DNA from: an uncultured Candidatus Saccharibacteria bacterium
GTDB taxonomy: Bacteria; Patescibacteriota; WWE3; UBA101185; UBA10185
Assembly: GCA_964643995.1 (NCBI GenBank)
Contig: CAZXUJ010000003.1
Location: 65,927-129,926, forward strand
DNA length: 64,000 nt
Direction of reading: 5' to 3'
Below are positions 61,290 through 64,000 of the stretch, piece after piece (position 1 is the first letter of the stretch; every line of letters starts with the position of its first letter). A program made the translations under genes and the position numbers. The notes below the pieces were generated by a model. The model saw nothing but the letters and a program-made list of their open reading frames with translations. It ran no database searches and was not told the DNA's origin.

Positions 61290-62990
61290 TTAGTGTTTTT
61301 TATTGTTATAGCAGGCTTCTATGAAGCCTATGAAAAGAGGGTGCGGTTCCAATGGTCTTGAGATGTATTCAGGGTGATATTGTGTTCCTACGAAGAAAGG
61401 ATGTACATCACGTGACAGTTCTATTGCCTCAGCAAGCTTGCCATCAGGCGATGTTCCGGAGATTATCAAACCAGCTTTTTCGAGTTGTTTTTTGTATTGG
61501 TTGTTAACCTCGTATCTGTGACGATGTCTTTCTTGAACAATACCTCCACGCCTTTTTTCGGTTTTGTAGTGTTTTTTATAAAGTTCTTCCAAAAGACTTC
61601 CGCTTTTTAGTTTACATGGCCATGCTCCAAGTCTAATTGTTCCTCCATATTCATCATTTTTCATATGTTTCTCTTGCTCAGGCATAATATAGATAACTGG
61701 ATCTTTAGTTTTAGGATTAGCTTCTGTTGAGTTAGCGTTTTTAAGCCCCAATACGTTTCTAGCATACTCAATGACAGCCATTTGCATACCAAAGCATAGT
61801 CCTAAGTAGGGTATTTTATTTTCTCTTGCAAACTGTACTGCACGTATTTTGCCCTCGACGCCTCGGCTGCCCCAACCTTGCGGAACTATAATTCCGTCAA
61901 ACTCTTTAAGCTCTTCTTCTATCTTTTTTCTTTCTTCGGGATTTTCAAATCTTTCTACATCAAACCATTGTATTGTGGGAGTGTTTCCTAGCCTCCATGC
62001 TGCGTGTTTTATGGCTTCGATTACGCAAACGTAGGCGTCTTGCAATACAGATGCTTGCCCTATGTTAAAGTATTTACCAATAATGGCTACTTTTACCCCT
62101 CCATTCGTTCGACTGGTACTTGCTACAAATTTTTCCCATTCTGTGTTTGGTTTTTTCTTTGGCTTTAAATCCATTTCTCCTAGGAGTTTCATACCTAAGT
62201 GCTGTTGTTTGAAGAGTAGGGGAATCTTATATATTGTATCGACGTCAGGTGCGCTTATTATGTGTTCTACGGGTATTCCTGCATTAAATGATATTAATGA
62301 TTTTTTCTTTTTATCGATCGGCTCGTGGCTTCTACAAATAACAAAATTTGGTTGCAGTCCTAGTTTATAAAGTTCATAAATAGATGCTTGTGCAGGTTTA
62401 CTTTTCAGCTCACCCAAAAATACAGGTTTTAAAAGATATACTAAATGAACTATAAAAACGTTTGGATTTTGTTGTTTTAATCTTCGAATTGCTTCAAAGA
62501 ACATTATGTTTTGATATTCTCCAACAGTCCCGCCGACTTCTATCATTATGATCTCGGCATCATCTTTGACGGCCGTTTCGTTTATTCGTCTAATTACTTC
62601 CTGGGGAATATGTACATGTCCTTCAACGTCTTCACCACCGTACTTTAGTTGTCGTTCACGTGTGATTACGTTGTAATAAATCTGCCCCATGGTCATGTAG
62701 TTGTGCTTCAACATGTTTTGATTAAGAAATCTTTCGTAGTTACCTAAATCTTGATCAGTTTCCATTCCATCGTTGGTTACAAAAACCTCACCATGTTCAA
62801 GAGGATTAATTGTTCCTGCATCTAAATTGAGATACATATCAACTTTTACTGCGGAGACTTTATAACCGTAAGATTTGAGAATTTGAGCGATAGAGGCTGT
62901 GCTAATACCTTTGCCGAGTCCTGAGATGACTCCACCAGTCACGAATACATATTTTAGATTCTTGTTTGGTTTAGGTTCTCTGGTGGGCAC
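61290..62990 (-). CDS. pyrG: CTP synthase
   Basis: N-terminal YVFVTGGVISGLGKGI synthase motif. C-terminal glutamine amidotransferase GLCFGMQ with catalytic Cys. Confidence 0.95.
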   Translation of the reverse strand: MPTREPKPNKNLKYVFVTGGVISGLGKGISTASIAQILKSYGYKVSAVKVDMYLNLDAGTINPLEHGEVFVTNDGMETDQDLGNYERFLNQNMLKHNYMTMGQIYYNVITRERQLKYGGEDVEGHVHIPQEVIRRINETAVKDDAEIIMIEVGGTVGEYQNIMFFEAIRRLKQQNPNVFIVHLVYLLKPVFLGELKSKPAQASIYELYKLGLQPNFVICRSHEPIDKKKKSLISFNAGIPVEHIISAPDVDTIYKIPLLFKQQHLGMKLLGEMDLKPKKKPNTEWEKFVASTSRTNGGVKVAIIGKYFNIGQASVLQDAYVCVIEAIKHAAWRLGNTPTIQWFDVERFENPEERKKIEEELKEFDGIIVPQGWGSRGVEGKIRAVQFARENKIPYLGLCFGMQMAVIEYARNVLGLKNANSTEANPKTKDPVIYIMPEQEKHMKNDEYGGTIRLGAWPCKLKSGSLLEELYKKHYKTEKRRGGIVQERHRHRYEVNNQYKKQLEKAGLIISGTSPDGKLAEAIELSRDVHPFFVGTQYHPEYISRPLEPHPLFIGFIEACYNNKKH

Positions 62991-63308
62991 GTCTAAGTAT
63001 ATCTAAAAATATTGTTTAACAGCAAGAGAGATTTTTTATAGTATTTTTCCCGCATTTGTGAATTGTTGATAACTTGAAGATAATTAAGTGATTATCGCAT
63101 ATATACCGCATATGGCTTTTCAACAGGTTTTGAGCATGATTTTTGAGCTTAATTCGGTCAATTAGGTACCATGTATTTTGACAGAAACATTTTTAAGTTC
63201 GATTTTCGGCTTACATTTTACATTGTTTAGCGGACAAACAACTATGTCGCCAGCAGTACATTAAGTTCAGTACTTTATGTATGGTGAACCTGATGGTAAT
63301 ATTAGATT

Positions 63309-64000
63309 ATGAAGACAATTACTTCTGAAAAGATTTTGGATCTTATTAAAAAACGTAAAAGGGTTAAATCAGAAGAAATTATCAATCATATTGGTTTGAC
63401 TGATAGAGCAGTGTACAAATCATTGAATAAATTAGTTGAGTCAGGGCAACTAGTTAGGCATGGAACTCCACCGAAGGTTCATTATAGTTTGGGAGTAGGG
63501 AATACACTTGCTAAGGTTACGGCGCTAGAGTATGTTGTGACGGAAGCTAGCCAAGTTGCAAAACTGTCAGAAACCTTATCTCCGGTAGTTAATTTGTGCT
63601 TACTTATACATAAGGATGGAAAGTTTTTAGCGCTGGAGTCGAGTGGTTGCTTGGAGCTACCAAGCATAGATATGAAATACTATGATAATATCCCCTCTAC
63701 AATTGAAAAAATATCTAGGTCTCAGCTTAAAGGTTTAAAGTTTTCTACAGCACAATGTATAAATACAGTTCAAACTTTATCCCTAGATAAATCCTTTGTT
63801 AGCATCAGTATTTGTTACATGTGCGACTATATCTCAGGTACTTCCACAACTAAAAAAATGTTTTGGGTTGATAAATCTTATTTATTATCCGGCAAAAAAC
63901 TCTCTCACGAGACTAAAACTATTCTAGTGGAGAATTATAAATATTTTGAATCCAGGTTAACTAAATCAAATGCCGAGACGCTTCATAGATCATCGCATAT
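63309..64000 (+). CDS. Winged-helix (DeoR/HTH_11-like) DNA-binding domain protein, 3' end beyond the window
   Basis: ILDLIKKRKRVKSEEIINHIGLTDRAVYKSLNKLVESGQLV wHTH at the N-terminus. Open frame to the window end. Not in the track because it is edge-truncated. Confidence 0.6.
   Translation, partial: MKTITSEKILDLIKKRKRVKSEEIINHIGLTDRAVYKSLNKLVESGQLVRHGTPPKVHYSLGVGNTLAKVTALEYVVTEASQVAKLSETLSPVVNLCLLIHKDGKFLALESSGCLELPSIDMKYYDNIPSTIEKISRSQLKGLKFSTAQCINTVQTLSLDKSFVSISICYMCDYISGTSTTKKMFWVDKSYLLSGKKLSHETKTILVENYKYFESRLTKSNAETLHRSSH

Overview
This window is an AT-rich (about 36-40% GC by eye), gene-dense bacterial chromosomal segment. The gene content and order look like a reduced-genome, Candidate-Phyla-Radiation (Patescibacteria)-like organism. 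Several housekeeping proteins are short or divergent (EF-Ts of 151 aa, ATP synthase epsilon of 80 aa), pyrH is absent between tsf and frr, ybaB is absent between dnaX and recR, and all four tRNAs encode their CCA end.

Housekeeping backbone:
- An F-type ATP synthase operon: b, delta, alpha, gamma, beta, epsilon.
- A secE-nusG-rplK-rplA cluster.
- folD, murA-murB, rpmB, the def-fmt pair and topA.
- rpsB-tsf-frr-rseP, then rpsU, a YqeY-domain gene and ybeY.
- pth, dnaX-recR-cysS, hisS, pyrG, and an array of four tRNAs (Trp, Thr, Tyr, Thr).

Accessory or unusual content:
1. A giant minus-strand gene (complement of <1..7153, at least 2384 aa) that the ORF track misses because it runs off the window edge. 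It encodes an N-terminal MerR-type HTH, then one transmembrane helix, then a huge Thr/Ser/Gly/Asn-rich repetitive ectodomain with three near-identical internal repeats.
2. The ATP synthase operon lacks a recognisable a-subunit gene. Its first gene encodes a signal-peptide ectodomain fused to a c-subunit-like helical hairpin in which the ion-binding carboxylate position is Phe.
3. A cellulose-synthase-like polysaccharide cluster: a GH8 endoglucanase, a processive GT2 with a QxxRW motif, a GT-C (ArnT/PMT-like) enzyme and a convergent secreted clan GH-A hydrolase.
4. A protein fusing a P-loop kinase to a C-terminal helical domain that carries DDxxD and a second Asp-rich motif, resembling class I isoprenoid synthases.
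5. A roughly 1.1 kb ORF-free, GC-elevated segment containing UUCG and GNRA tetraloop motifs. It sits between that fusion gene and a small gene with enterobacterial-like codon usage, next to the tRNA array. It could be a large structured ncRNA, horizontally acquired DNA or an assembly chimera.
6. A HIT / dCMP deaminase / extended thymidylate-synthase-like / APH-family kinase cluster.
7. A protein with two tandem HxGH cytidylyltransferase domains.
8. A VapBC toxin-antitoxin pair, two tandem LytR_C membrane proteins, several small membrane protein genes with strong Shine-Dalgarno sequences, and a decayed secreted-protein pseudogene.

No rRNA, CRISPR array, integrase or transposase was seen. All calls are from reading the sequence and translations by eye. 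No database searches were run, and GC statements are visual estimates.
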